Origin: Tissierellia bacterium | Lineage (GTDB): Bacteria > Bacillota > Clostridia > Tissierellales > Peptoniphilaceae | Reading direction: 5' to 3' | Assembly (NCBI GenBank): GCA_030528125.1 | Contig: JAUMZM010000002.1 | Location: 5,293-69,292 of the forward strand | Length of the DNA: 64,000 nucleotides | Shown here: positions 10,020-20,153 of the stretch, piece after piece | Numbering within the stretch: position 1 is the stretch's first letter | How the letters are laid out: each line of letters opens with the position of its first letter | The notes under the pieces: generated by a model | What the model saw: only the letters and a program-made list of their open reading frames with translations | Databases searched by the model: none | What the model was told of the DNA's origin: nothing | Made by a program: the position numbers and the translations under genes

Positions 10020-11464
10020 CTTGATTTGATATCTAGTATTAGTTGTTGTTTTAAATCCCAAAGTTTATGTGAAAGGTCTACATAATAATTATGTGGATCA
10101 TCAAATCTTTTGACCTCATCCCATAGACTTTTAACTTCGCCTTTGCAATAATCATTGATTTGTTTAAGATCAGGTGTATTATAGACTTGCTTACCTTTAT
10201 CGAAAATCTTAACTTGCATTTTTCTTAATTCATAATTTTCAAGTCTTTTCATCTTCCAAGTAAAGTTTGGATCAAATATTACAAGTGGTTTATCAGAATC
10301 TATTTCTTCTCCTCTTATTGTAATATAGTCAGCTTCAGCTTTACCGGTATTTCTATCATAGATTCTATAGACTTCCTTAAATCCTGGTGTTGTTATTTTC
10401 TCGACATTTTCGCTTATTTTTATCTTTGGAGTTATATTTCCGTCTTTTTCAATTGCAGCAAGCTTATACACTCCACCAAAAACTGGATCACTTTTTGCAG
10501 TAATTAGTCTTTCTCCAACTCCAAATGAATCAATCTGTGCTCCTTGTTTTATAAGAGATTGAATCTTATATTCATCAAGTGAATTGCTTATTACAATCTT
10601 TGAATCTGTATATCCTGCATCGTCAAGCATTTTTCTAGCTGCCTTTGAAAGATATGCTATATCTCCAGAATCAATTCTTATATTTCCTACATAACCTTTG
10701 TCTTTTAAGAATTCATCAAATACTTTGATAGCATTTGGAATACCTTGTTTTAATACATCATAGGTATCTACAAGAAGTGTGCAGTTATTAGGATAAAGCT
10801 TTGCATAAGCTCTAAATGATTCAAGCTCACTATCAAAGGATTGAACCCAAGAATGAGCCATTGTTCCAGATGGTGGAACACCGTATTTCTGTGAGCTTAG
10901 AGTATTACTTGTAACAGGTGCTCCTCCAACAAATGCAGCACGTGCTCCAAGAATAGAAGCATCAGCTCCTTGAGCTCTTCTTGCTCCAAATTCCATAACA
11001 GCTCTTCCTTCACTTGCTCTTACAATTCTATTAGTCTTTGTCGCGATAAGTGATTGGTGATTCATGCACAAAAGAACCATTGTCTCTAAGATTTGAGCTT
11101 GAATTAGTGGAGCTTTTACAGTAATAACTGGCTCATAAGGAAACATCACACTTCCTTCAGGCATTGCCCACACATCGCCTTCAAACTTAAAGTTTTTGAG
11201 GTATTCTAAAAATCCATCGGAAAATCCTCCAATGTTTTTAAAAAATTCAATATCATCATCATTAAAGTGTAGATTATTGATATAAGATATAACCTCATCT
11301 AATCCGCAAAATATCGCAAAACCTCCATTATCAGGAACGGTTCTAAAAAAGGCATCGTAGATTCCCCATGTGTCTTTGAGACCGGACTGGTAATAACCGT
11401 TTGCCATTGTAAATTCATAGAAATCTGATAGCATTGATAGATTTCTTTCAGAATAATCGTACAT
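10016..11464 (-). CDS. pncB: Nicotinate phosphoribosyltransferase
   Basis: 482 aa. The N-terminal LSDFYEFTMANGY and GTMAHSW motifs are typical of PncB. Confidence 0.9.
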   Translation of the reverse strand: MYDYSERNLSMLSDFYEFTMANGYYQSGLKDTWGIYDAFFRTVPDNGGFAIFCGLDEVISYINNLHFNDDDIEFFKNIGGFSDGFLEYLKNFKFEGDVWAMPEGSVMFPYEPVITVKAPLIQAQILETMVLLCMNHQSLIATKTNRIVRASEGRAVMEFGARRAQGADASILGARAAFVGGAPVTSNTLSSQKYGVPPSGTMAHSWVQSFDSELESFRAYAKLYPNNCTLLVDTYDVLKQGIPNAIKVFDEFLKDKGYVGNIRIDSGDIAYLSKAARKMLDDAGYTDSKIVISNSLDEYKIQSLIKQGAQIDSFGVGERLITAKSDPVFGGVYKLAAIEKDGNITPKIKISENVEKITTPGFKEVYRIYDRNTGKAEADYITIRGEEIDSDKPLVIFDPNFTWKMKRLENYELRKMQVKIFDKGKQVYNTPDLKQINDYCKGEVKSLWDEVKRFDDPHNYYVDLSHKLWDLKQQLILDIKSR

Positions 11465-11600
11465 TTTCTCCTGCCTTTCTATATAAATATATGTTATCGA
11501 TATTATTATAGCAGAAAACGAAGAATAATTAAAAAATCACAAATTAAATTAATCCTTATAAGAATTGGATATATGTGTTAAAATTAATTTGTGGTGATTT

Positions 11601-12293
11601 ATGAAAAAATATGACAAAAATGAAAAATTCTCATTTACACAAGGAGCTTATCCTACAATTGAGCTTATCAAAAAAAATCCTCATATAGTAAAAGAAATAA
11701 TCTATGATGATGGATTTAATGAAATAGAAAAGCTTAAAGCTCTTTGTAAGAAAAACAATATAATTTTAAGACAATCCAAAAAGGAAGTTATAAGATTATC
11801 CAACAGGAAAAACGACTATGTAATAGGAGTTTTTGAAAAGCATGAGAAAAAGCTTTATGATGGCAATCATATAATACTAGAAAATATCGAAAATATGGGA
11901 AACCTTGGAACTATAATAAGGACAATGGCAGCTTTAGATTATAGAAATCTTGCACTTATAGGAAAGACCTGTGATTATTTTAATCCAAAGGTCATAAGAG
12001 CATCAATGGGATCTTTTTTCGATGTGAATATAGAAAGATTTGATACAATCTTTGATTACAAAAAGAAGTTTCAAAACGAAATCTATTCATTTATGCTAGA
12101 TGATAAAGCCCAAAAACTCAGTAAAATAGAAAAGAAAAAACCTTTTTCTCTAGCTTTTGGTAATGAGGGATCTGGACTTACAGATGAATTTAGAAAATTT
12201 AATACAGTAAAAATCGAGCAGAGAGATTTGGTCGATTCTATGAGTATTCAGATAGCATCAGCTATTGGAATGTATGAGTTTAAGGAGTTTTGA
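11601..12293 (+). CDS. TrmH/SpoU family RNA 2'-O-methyltransferase
   Basis: NMGNLGTIIRT, AFGNEGSGL and SMSIQIASAI motifs match the SpoU methylase family. Confidence 0.8.
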   Translation: MKKYDKNEKFSFTQGAYPTIELIKKNPHIVKEIIYDDGFNEIEKLKALCKKNNIILRQSKKEVIRLSNRKNDYVIGVFEKHEKKLYDGNHIILENIENMGNLGTIIRTMAALDYRNLALIGKTCDYFNPKVIRASMGSFFDVNIERFDTIFDYKKKFQNEIYSFMLDDKAQKLSKIEKKKPFSLAFGNEGSGLTDEFRKFNTVKIEQRDLVDSMSIQIASAIGMYEFKEF

Positions 12294-12937
12294 TGTATAT
12301 ATTTGATGCAGATGGAACTATAATTGATTCTGCAAAATCCATAGCCTATCATTTGAATAAGGCCTTGGATGATTTTAAGATTCCAGAAGTATGCTACAAA
12401 GATGTAGAAAGCTTTCTTGGAAACGGATCAACAGTTCTTGTAAAAAAAGCATTAGAAAAAAACAAAATAAAAGATGATGATCTTTGTAAAAAAGTCTTAG
12501 AAGATTATCTAAAAAGATATAATGATAATCCCGCATATCTTACAAATGCTTATGATGGCATAATAGATGAATTATCTAAGTTAAAAGAGATGGATAAGAT
12601 AATAGTATTTTCAAATAAGCCACATGATATATTAAACAATCTTTGTGATGAGGTGTTTGGGAAAGATTTTTTCGATATGGTACTAGGCCAAAGTGGCAAT
12701 TACAAAAGAAAACCATCACCAGAAGGAATATATATAATAAAGGAAAAATTTGAAGCGAAAAATAGCGATATCATTTATTTTGGAGATACAGAAGTTGATA
12801 TTGATTGTGCAAAAAGAGCTAATGTATTAAGCGTAGCTTGCACTTGGGGATTTAGAAATAGAGACTATCTAGTCTCATTTAAACCGGATATAATAATTGA
12901 TAAAGTAGAAGATATTTCAAAAATAAGGAGGGTGTAA
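12293..12937 (+). CDS. HAD family hydrolase (phosphoglycolate phosphatase-like)
   Basis: DADGT motif I and GDTEVD motif. ATG at 12293 is preferred: AAGGAG lies 5 nt upstream and it forms a TGATG overlap. Confidence 0.75.
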   Translation: MYIFDADGTIIDSAKSIAYHLNKALDDFKIPEVCYKDVESFLGNGSTVLVKKALEKNKIKDDDLCKKVLEDYLKRYNDNPAYLTNAYDGIIDELSKLKEMDKIIVFSNKPHDILNNLCDEVFGKDFFDMVLGQSGNYKRKPSPEGIYIIKEKFEAKNSDIIYFGDTEVDIDCAKRANVLSVACTWGFRNRDYLVSFKPDIIIDKVEDISKIRRV

Positions 12938-13593
12938 TGTCGACAAACTTATCTATATTTGACATAGTAGGACCTATAATGGTAGGCCCTTCAAGCTCAC
13001 ATACTGCAGGAGCAAATAGAATTGCAGGTTTTGCAAGAAAGATAGGAGGAGATGGCTTTATAAGAGCAGACTTCTTCTTACATGGTTCATTTGAGAAAAC
13101 TTACAAAGGACATGGAACAGATAAAGCACTTCTTGGAGGAGTACTTGGATTTAGTCCAGATGATGAAAGATTGAAAGAGTCCTTTAAGTATGCAGATGAG
13201 AAGAACATAGAATATTCATTTATTCCAATGGATCTAGGAGATGTCCATCCTAATACCGTAAAAGTCGTTTTGACATATAAAGATCATAGATCTACAGTTG
13301 TAGGCTCTTCAATTGGAGGAGGAAATATAAAGATAATCTCAATAAATGGAAATGAAGTAGAATACTATGGCAAAAACCCTACATTAATTATGAGTTACAA
13401 AGAGCAAAAGGGAATGATAGCATTTATTTCAAATATTTTATATGATGAAGGCTATAATATCCATACAATGCAAACCATAAATGAGGGTGATGATATAATG
13501 CTTGTAGTTGAATTAGACGAAAAAATTACAAAAGATATGGAAGATAGAATGAGAAACGGAAAAGAATATACATTCTTTAAATACTTAGATTAA
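12937..13593 (+). CDS. sdaAB: L-serine dehydratase, iron-sulfur type, beta subunit
   Basis: The N-terminal IFDIVGPIMVGPSSSHTAG is canonical. The C-terminal part looks like an ACT domain. Confidence 0.9.
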   Translation: MSTNLSIFDIVGPIMVGPSSSHTAGANRIAGFARKIGGDGFIRADFFLHGSFEKTYKGHGTDKALLGGVLGFSPDDERLKESFKYADEKNIEYSFIPMDLGDVHPNTVKVVLTYKDHRSTVVGSSIGGGNIKIISINGNEVEYYGKNPTLIMSYKEQKGMIAFISNILYDEGYNIHTMQTINEGDDIMLVVELDEKITKDMEDRMRNGKEYTFFKYLD

Positions 13594-13601
13594 GGGGTAA
13601 T

Positions 13602-14480
13602 ATGAAACACACATTTGAAAAATTTAAGCAACAAGCAAAAGAAGAAAATAAAGAGCTTTGGGAAATAGTACTTGGAGAAGAAATCGAAAGCTATGGTACA
13701 ACAAAAGAAGAAATCTGGAAAAGACTTCAAAAAAGCCTTGATGTAATGAAAGAATCTTCCCATAATGCACTAGATAAAAAGGTCGTATCTGTAACAGGAA
13801 TGACTGGTGGAAATGCTAAATCAATGAGAGATTATTTTCTAGGTGAAGATACAATTCTAGGACAGACCGCAAATAACGCAATGGCAATGGCATTTTCAAC
13901 ATCAGAAGTTAATGCTTCAATGGGCAAAATTGTAGCAAGTCCAACAGCAGGATCAGCAGGAATCCTTCCAGCAAGTATTATGACAATGATGGAAAAATAC
14001 GGATATGATGATGATAAGCTTATAAAAGCAATACTTACAGCAGTTGCAATAGGAGATGTAATAGCAGATAATGCTACATTTGCAGGAGCTGAGGGAGGAT
14101 GTCAAGCAGAATGTGGATCAGCAGCAGCAATGGCAGCAGCAGCAATATGCTATCTAAGAGGATGTGATATAGAAACTCAAGGCAATGCAGCATCAATTGC
14201 ACTTATAAATATAATGGGACTTATCTGTGATCCTGTAGGAGGAATGGTAGAGTTTCCATGCAATTTGAGAAATGCTTTTGGAGTGATAAATGCACTCTCA
14301 TCAGCAGAGATGGCAATGGCAAAAGTATCAGTTCTTGTAACTTTCGATGAGACAATAGAAGCTATGAAAAGAGTAGGAGATAAGCTAGATGTAAACCTAA
14401 GAGAGACAGGCGAAGGTGGAATTGCAGTATGTGAATCTTCTATCAAAATGAGAAAAAAATACATCGATAAAGAGCTATAA
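13602..14480 (+). CDS. sdaAA: L-serine dehydratase, iron-sulfur type, alpha subunit
   Basis: ASPTAGSAGILP and GGCQAECGSA motifs. Lies adjacent to sdaAB. Confidence 0.9.
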   Translation: MKHTFEKFKQQAKEENKELWEIVLGEEIESYGTTKEEIWKRLQKSLDVMKESSHNALDKKVVSVTGMTGGNAKSMRDYFLGEDTILGQTANNAMAMAFSTSEVNASMGKIVASPTAGSAGILPASIMTMMEKYGYDDDKLIKAILTAVAIGDVIADNATFAGAEGGCQAECGSAAAMAAAAICYLRGCDIETQGNAASIALINIMGLICDPVGGMVEFPCNLRNAFGVINALSSAEMAMAKVSVLVTFDETIEAMKRVGDKLDVNLRETGEGGIAVCESSIKMRKKYIDKEL

Positions 14481-14561
14481 AATCTATAAAATATACTAAC
14501 TAGGAAAAATTGTTTTCCCTTAGAAATATGTATTTTGCAATACTTTAAGCGTTAATCCCCC

Positions 14562-14590
14562 TTGTAATAGGAAAATAAAGATGGTATAAT
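14562..14590 (+). promoter_or_regulatory. Candidate sigma-A promoter (extended -10) for the PTS EIIB gene
   Basis: TTGTAA, 17 nt, TGgTATAAT. Confidence 0.45.
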
Positions 14591-14622
14591 CTTAGACGAA
14601 AAGAAAGGAAGTAGGGATTAAT

Positions 14623-15105
14623 ATGAATGAAATATTGCTTACTAGAGTAGACTCTAGATTAAGTCACGGCAAAGTAGCAGATTTGTGGTCAAAACATACC
14701 GGTGCGGATACTGTCGTAATAGCAAATGACAAGATCAATGCTGACTCTTTTAGTAAAAACTTAATGGATCTTACTATTCCATTCGGAATCAACTCTGCTT
14801 ACACAAGTGTTGAAGGATTTAAAGAGTATTTTGACACAACAGCTAATAAGAAGATTCTTTTAATAGTACAAGATGTAGAAGACTTAAAGAAAATAGTAGA
14901 TATGAATCTTCCAATAAAAGCCGTAGACCTTGGAATAATGCATACCAGCTATGGTAAAAAACAATTAACAGATGAAATTGCAGTAGATGAAGAAGATATA
15001 GAGATACTAACAGAATTACTTGATTGTGGAATAGATATTTTTATACAAACATCACCTAATTCATCAAAGAGGAATTTTGGCGAATTCGTATCAGTAAACG
15101 CCTAA
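14623..15105 (+). CDS. PTS EIIB component, mannose/sorbose family (stand-alone)
   Basis: LTRVDSRLSHGKV aligns to the RIDDRLIHGQV phospho-His motif. GKKQLT is conserved. Confidence 0.7.
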   Translation: MNEILLTRVDSRLSHGKVADLWSKHTGADTVVIANDKINADSFSKNLMDLTIPFGINSAYTSVEGFKEYFDTTANKKILLIVQDVEDLKKIVDMNLPIKAVDLGIMHTSYGKKQLTDEIAVDEEDIEILTELLDCGIDIFIQTSPNSSKRNFGEFVSVNA

Positions 15106-15106
15106 T

Positions 15107-15143
15107 AAAACACACCTTAATAAAAGTTTAAGGTGTGTTTTTT
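15107..15143. terminator. Intrinsic terminator
   Basis: aaaacacacctta/taaggtgtgtttttt. Confidence 0.75.
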
Positions 15144-15150
15144 ATTTATA

Positions 15151-15498
15151 TTATTTTTTGAGATTGAATTTTTTTCTAAGTTTTAATTTTGTTATTACAA
15201 AAAGCAATATAAGATATAAGGCAAATAATGCCAAAACTATTATAACCATAATTAGTCTTTCAAAATCAAAAATCAAAGTTATTGGAAAAGCAACACCGAA
15301 AAATATTATTCCAAGAATTATTGAAAGATTTCCAGCAAAATTATTTCCGTAATTCCAAGTCATAGCATTAAAACAAATCTCCCAAATATGAAATCCACTA
15401 GACATATCAGGATAAGTAGTGTGAGCTTTTTTAAGGAAAATGCCAGTATAAATTGTAAAAACGAAAAGCATAATATCTAATAAATAAATAGTTCCCAT
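15151..15498 (-). CDS. Small membrane protein, unknown function
   Basis: 115 aa with 3-4 hydrophobic segments and a basic C-terminus. Confidence 0.45.
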   Translation of the reverse strand: MGTIYLLDIMLFVFTIYTGIFLKKAHTTYPDMSSGFHIWEICFNAMTWNYGNNFAGNLSIILGIIFFGVAFPITLIFDFERLIMVIIVLALFALYLILLFVITKLKLRKKFNLKK

Positions 15499-15699
15499 TT
15501 GTTCACCTCATTAAAATTATAACAGATGTATGTGTTTTTTGAAAATAAGAAAGATTATCATCTAATTCTATAAAGCTTTTAAATAAATTAAAATAATTTT
15601 ATTATTATTTTAATATAATAAAAGTCATTTTATAAATTCTTAATATTTTCATCATTAAAAACAAAAAAAGAATTGTTAATATTATCTTAGGAGAAAATT

Positions 15700-16809
15700 A
15701 TGAAAATATTAATTACAACAGATACATATACATCAATGGTAAACGGAGTTGTAAGATCAATTGTTAATTTAAAAAACATCCTAACTGACATGGGAAATGA
15801 AGTTAGAGTTATGACATTATCCGAAAGAAATTACTCCTACAAAAATGAAGAAGTCTACTATATAAAAAGCATCAGAGTAAATCCTATATATCCAAATGCA
15901 AGATTTTCCTTTAACAAAAAGGACGAGCTTGTAAGAGAGATTATAGATTGGAATCCAGATATAATACATTCTCAAAGTGAATTTTCTTCATTCTATATTG
16001 CAAATAAAATAAAAAAAGAATGTAATTGTCCAATTGTTCACACATACCATACAATTTATGAAGATTATACACATTATTTCTCCCCATCTAAAGTCTGGGG
16101 TACAAAGATTATAAGAAGATTTACAAGACTAATAGCAAATTATTCAGATTATATTATAGCACCAACACAAAAAACAAAAGATATACTTAAAAAATACGAT
16201 ATAGATGATAATAAAATTCTAATATCACCAACAGGAATAGAAATCTCTGATACAAAGCCTGTAAGAGATGAAAAATACATATTATATCTTGGAAGAATAG
16301 CAAAAGAAAAGAATATAAAGGAATTAATAGATTATTACAAAAAACTAGATACAAATTATAAATTTGTAATAGCAGGAGACGGTCCTTATAGAAAAGAGCT
16401 TATGGAATATGTAAATGATTCAAATATCGAATTTGTAGGAATGGTTAATCCGGATGAGGTCAGTAACTATTACAAAAATGCAATAGTATTTATATCAGCA
16501 AGTACATCAGAAACTCAAGGATTAACTTATATAGAGGCATTATCTAATGGAGCAGTTTGTATTGTAAGAAAAGATAAATGCATCGAAAATGTAATAATAG
16601 ATGGATTTAATGGATATAGCTACGAGAATTTCAACCAATTTAAAAATTTTGTGGAATATGTAATACAAAATGACAGCTTAAGAGAAAATATGAGCAATAA
16701 CGCATACGATTATGCAAAAGATAATTTCTCGATAGAATCTTTTGGGAAAAGAACATTTGAAATCTATAATAAAGCAATAGATAAGATATCTTATAAGATA
16801 AGCGCTTAG
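15700..16809 (+). CDS. Glycosyltransferase family 4 (GT-B fold)
   Basis: N-terminal TDTY...NGV, and the C-terminal EGLTYIEALSNG region matching the E-x7-E motif region. Confidence 0.8.
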   Translation: MKILITTDTYTSMVNGVVRSIVNLKNILTDMGNEVRVMTLSERNYSYKNEEVYYIKSIRVNPIYPNARFSFNKKDELVREIIDWNPDIIHSQSEFSSFYIANKIKKECNCPIVHTYHTIYEDYTHYFSPSKVWGTKIIRRFTRLIANYSDYIIAPTQKTKDILKKYDIDDNKILISPTGIEISDTKPVRDEKYILYLGRIAKEKNIKELIDYYKKLDTNYKFVIAGDGPYRKELMEYVNDSNIEFVGMVNPDEVSNYYKNAIVFISASTSETQGLTYIEALSNGAVCIVRKDKCIENVIIDGFNGYSYENFNQFKNFVEYVIQNDSLRENMSNNAYDYAKDNFSIESFGKRTFEIYNKAIDKISYKISA

Positions 16810-16868
16810 AGTTTAAAAAAGTTTTCCCAAGTGTTATACTTAATCTAGTAACACTAAGGGGGATATAA

Positions 16869-18023
16869 ATGGACGTATACGAAAAAGCTCTACAAAAACA
16901 CGAACAATGGAAGGGAAAGATAAAGACAGAAGTTACATCAAAAGTAAATAATGCAAAAGATCTAACTTATGCCTACACACCTGGAGTTGCAGAACCTTGC
17001 AAGAAAATTCATGAAGATAAGTCACTTTCCTATAAATATACGATAAAACAAAACACAATAGCAGTTATTTCAGATGGAACAGCAGTACTAGGACTTGGAG
17101 ATATAGGACCAGAAGCAGCAATGCCTGTAATGGAAGGTAAATGCGTTCTATTCAAAGAATTTGGGGGAGTAAATGCTTTTCCAATAGTTCTTGACACAAA
17201 GGATCCTGATGAAATTATAAATACAATAAAAAACATATCTCCTGGATTTGGTGGAATAAATCTAGAGGATATATCATCACCAAGATGTGTATATATAGAA
17301 AATAAATTAAAAGAAATGCTAGATATACCAGTATTTCATGATGACCAACACGGAACAGCTATAGTAACAGTTGCAGCACTTATAAATGCGTTAAGAATAG
17401 TTAATAAGAAAGCCTCAGATATAAAGGTAGTAGTAAGTGGCGCAGGAGCTGCAGGATTTTCTATAACAAAACTTCTAATTGATTTTGGAGTAGAAAATAT
17501 AATTGTTACAGATAGCAAGGGAACAATCAATAAAGATCATCTAGAAAAAGATAATCCAGTTAAAAAAGAAATTGCAAAAATCACAAATAAAGATAATTTA
17601 AAAGCAACTCTAAAAGAAGCAATCAAAGATTCAGATGTGTTTATAGGAGTATCAGCACCAAATATATTAGATGAAAATGATATAAAGAACATGGCAAGCG
17701 ATCCAATAGTATTTGCTATGGCAAATCCAATTCCAGAGATAGATTATGATTTGTGCAAAAAAGCAGGAGCAAGAATCGTTGCAACAGGAAGAAGCGATTA
17801 TCCAAATCAAATCAACAATGTATTGGCATTTCCTGGAATATTTAAAGGTGCATTAGAAAAACACGCAAGTGCGATTACAGATAAAATGAAAATGGCAGCA
17901 GCAAAAGCATTAGCAGATATGATACCAGAAGATAAACTATCAGAAGATTATATAATAGTATCAGCATTTGAAAAAAACGTTGCAGAAAATGTCGCAGAAG
18001 CTGTCAAAAAAGAAGTAAAATAA
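16869..18023 (+). CDS. NAD(P)-dependent malic enzyme (short form)
   Basis: LTYAYTPGVAEPC, FHDDQHGTA and GAGAAG motifs. Confidence 0.9.
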   Translation: MDVYEKALQKHEQWKGKIKTEVTSKVNNAKDLTYAYTPGVAEPCKKIHEDKSLSYKYTIKQNTIAVISDGTAVLGLGDIGPEAAMPVMEGKCVLFKEFGGVNAFPIVLDTKDPDEIINTIKNISPGFGGINLEDISSPRCVYIENKLKEMLDIPVFHDDQHGTAIVTVAALINALRIVNKKASDIKVVVSGAGAAGFSITKLLIDFGVENIIVTDSKGTINKDHLEKDNPVKKEIAKITNKDNLKATLKEAIKDSDVFIGVSAPNILDENDIKNMASDPIVFAMANPIPEIDYDLCKKAGARIVATGRSDYPNQINNVLAFPGIFKGALEKHASAITDKMKMAAAKALADMIPEDKLSEDYIIVSAFEKNVAENVAEAVKKEVK

Positions 18024-18028
18024 AAAAT

Positions 18029-18069
18029 GGTGTTATTGCATTTTATTGTGCAATAGCACCAATTTTTTT
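18029..18069 (+). terminator. Intrinsic terminator after malic enzyme
   Basis: 12-bp stem ggtgttattgca/tgcaatagcacc followed by a T-run. Confidence 0.75.
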
Positions 18070-18266
18070 ATGCGAAAAAATAAAAAAATTTTTTATAGAT
18101 TTTAGCAATAATCAAGTGTTTTTATTTATAATAATGACAAAATAACAACAACAGATTGGAAGGATTTGCGAAATTATACAAAAATAAGCGTTTGTAAACG
18201 AATTATTATTCACATTTTATTAATATGAGAAGTAATCAGACACAATAGATTGTATCAATGCAGGTA

Positions 18267-18295
18267 TTGACACTATCAGAATTAGTTACTACAAT
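18267..18295 (+). promoter_or_regulatory. Near-consensus sigma-A promoter about 200 nt upstream of the APC permease
   Basis: TTGACA, 17 nt, TACAAT. Confidence 0.5.
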
Positions 18296-18500
18296 GTAGA
18301 TTGTTGGGGAAACTACACTAATAGACAGATAATCATTAAAGGTGAATTGATATTATAGCAATAAATATAAAAAACTTATTTATAAAATTTAATGATTCAA
18401 AGCTGTATTAAAATTCAGTTTCCTAAAATTTACAGTATATCATTTAATTTAACCGAGTTGGATGATGTAATGGAAATATTTATAAGGAGGATTTTTAATA

Positions 18501-20009
18501 ATGTCAGATAAACGAAAACTTGATTTGAAAGCGCTTATATTGATGATATTTACATCTGTATTTGGCTTTACAAATATAACAAGATCTTATTATTTGATGG
18601 GATATTCTGCTATTCCTTGGTTTATTTTATCAGGTATAGCCTTTTTCTTACCTTTTGCATTTATGATTGCAGAATACGGTGCAGCATTCAAAGATTCTAA
18701 GGGCGGTATTTATTCTTGGATGGAAAAAAGTTCAGGTAAAAAATACGCTTTTATAGTAACTTTTATGTGGTTTGCATCATATATAATTTGGCAAGTAAAT
18801 GTAGGATCAGGTATATGGATAGTTTTATCTAATGCTATCTTTGGAGTTGACAAAACTCAACAATGGTCATTATTTGGACTAGATTCAGTTAAAACATTGG
18901 GAATATTAGCGATTTGCTGGATTTTGCTTGTTACATATATTTCTAATAAGGGATTAGATAAGATTAAGAAAATCACATCAATAGGTGGTAGTGCTGTAGC
19001 ACTTATCAACATATTCTTATTTGTAGGTGGAATAATAATCCTTATTTTAAATAAAGGTGAGGTTATGCAACCTATAAACTTAGATGCTTTCTTGCATTCA
19101 CCAAATCCAAAATACGCAGTAGGTGGACTTCCAGTATTGTCATTTATAGTTTATGCAATATTTGCTTATGGAGGAATTGAAGTTGTAGGAGGCCTTGTAG
19201 ATCAAACAGAAAATGCCGAGAAGACTTTCCCTAAAGGAGTTGCAATAGCATCTATAGTAATTACATTGGGATATGCTCTAGGAATGTTGATGTTTGGAAC
19301 ATTTACTAACTGGGATTCTACTTTCGTAAACTTTTCTAAAGAAACCATAACATTAGGAAATGTATCATATATTGCAATGAACCATATGGGTTATCAATTG
19401 GGATTAGCCTTTGGACTAGCTGAATCTTCTGCTAGAACTGTTGGATTATGGGTTTCAAGATATATGGGAATATCAATGTTTATGGCACTTACAGGAGCAT
19501 TTTTCACATTGGTATATTCACCACTAAAACAATTAATAGGTGATACTCCAAAGGAATTATGGCCAAAATCTTGGAAAGAACAGAAAAACGGAATGTATAC
19601 AACTGCTATGAAATACCAGGCAGCCTGTGTAATAGTAATTATCGCTATTGTATCTTTTGGTGGAGATAGTGCTCAACAATTCTTTGAAGTTTTAGTTTCA
19701 ATGACTAATGTATCAATGACATTACCATACTTTTTCATAGCATATTCATTCTTAGGATTTAAGAAGAATAAATCAATTGAAAAACCATTTACAAAATTCA
19801 AATCAATGGGTGCGGTTAAAATATGTGTATTTATGGTATGCTTTGTTGTAGGATTTGCAAACATATTTACAGTTATAGAACCAGCTATCCAAAGAGGAGA
19901 TTGGTTAACTACAATAATGTCAATTGCAGGTCCATTGATATTTACTTTATTAGCAGTTTATCTATATAACAGAATGGAAAGAAATAAGAAAAAACAAAGT
20001 GTAAATTAA
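18501..20009 (+). CDS. APC superfamily amino acid permease (YjeM-like)
   Basis: 502 aa with about 12-13 TM segments. AAGGAGG RBS is present. Confidence 0.8.
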   Translation: MSDKRKLDLKALILMIFTSVFGFTNITRSYYLMGYSAIPWFILSGIAFFLPFAFMIAEYGAAFKDSKGGIYSWMEKSSGKKYAFIVTFMWFASYIIWQVNVGSGIWIVLSNAIFGVDKTQQWSLFGLDSVKTLGILAICWILLVTYISNKGLDKIKKITSIGGSAVALINIFLFVGGIIILILNKGEVMQPINLDAFLHSPNPKYAVGGLPVLSFIVYAIFAYGGIEVVGGLVDQTENAEKTFPKGVAIASIVITLGYALGMLMFGTFTNWDSTFVNFSKETITLGNVSYIAMNHMGYQLGLAFGLAESSARTVGLWVSRYMGISMFMALTGAFFTLVYSPLKQLIGDTPKELWPKSWKEQKNGMYTTAMKYQAACVIVIIAIVSFGGDSAQQFFEVLVSMTNVSMTLPYFFIAYSFLGFKKNKSIEKPFTKFKSMGAVKICVFMVCFVVGFANIFTVIEPAIQRGDWLTTIMSIAGPLIFTLLAVYLYNRMERNKKKQSVN

Positions 20010-20025
20010 TTATATCGGTTTAAAA

Positions 20026-20054
20026 ATGCTAGGATATTATCCTGGCATTTTTTT
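20026..20054 (+). terminator. Intrinsic terminator
   Basis: tgctagga tatta tcctggca followed by T7. Confidence 0.7.
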
Positions 20055-20118
20055 GTTTAATTTGTATTAGAATAATTAGAAAGTATAAAAGATAAAATAT
20101 GTTTTATTAGAAAAAGGT

Positions 20119-20147
20119 TTGCATTTTTAACTTAATTGTATTATAAT
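20119..20147 (+). promoter_or_regulatory. Candidate sigma-A promoter
   Basis: TTGCAT, 17 nt, TATAAT. Confidence 0.5.
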
Positions 20148-20153
20148 ATAAGC

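Noticed and set aside
11533-11600. Imperfect inverted repeat (aatcac-aaattaa / ttaattt-gtggtgatt) that could occlude the trmH Shine-Dalgarno sequence.
   Set aside because: It has 13 mostly A-T pairs with a bulge and a loop of about 35 nt. The stability looks marginal, and there is no terminator or known motif.
16825-16852. Hairpin agtgtta...taacact just upstream of the malic enzyme RBS.
   Set aside because: It has no T-run, so it is not a terminator, and the stem is only 7 bp. It is too weak to call a regulatory element.
18185-18212. Palindrome cgttt-gt-aaacg, examined as a cre (CcpA) site or other operator upstream of the permease promoter.
   Set aside because: It mismatches the cre consensus at key positions (TGWNANCGNTNWCA) and has only a 5-bp core.
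18399-18518. 39-codon upstream ORF overlapping the APC permease start.
   Set aside because: It has no Shine-Dalgarno sequence and no distinctive codon content. Other short ATG frames in the leader are 7-13 codons and equally unsupported.
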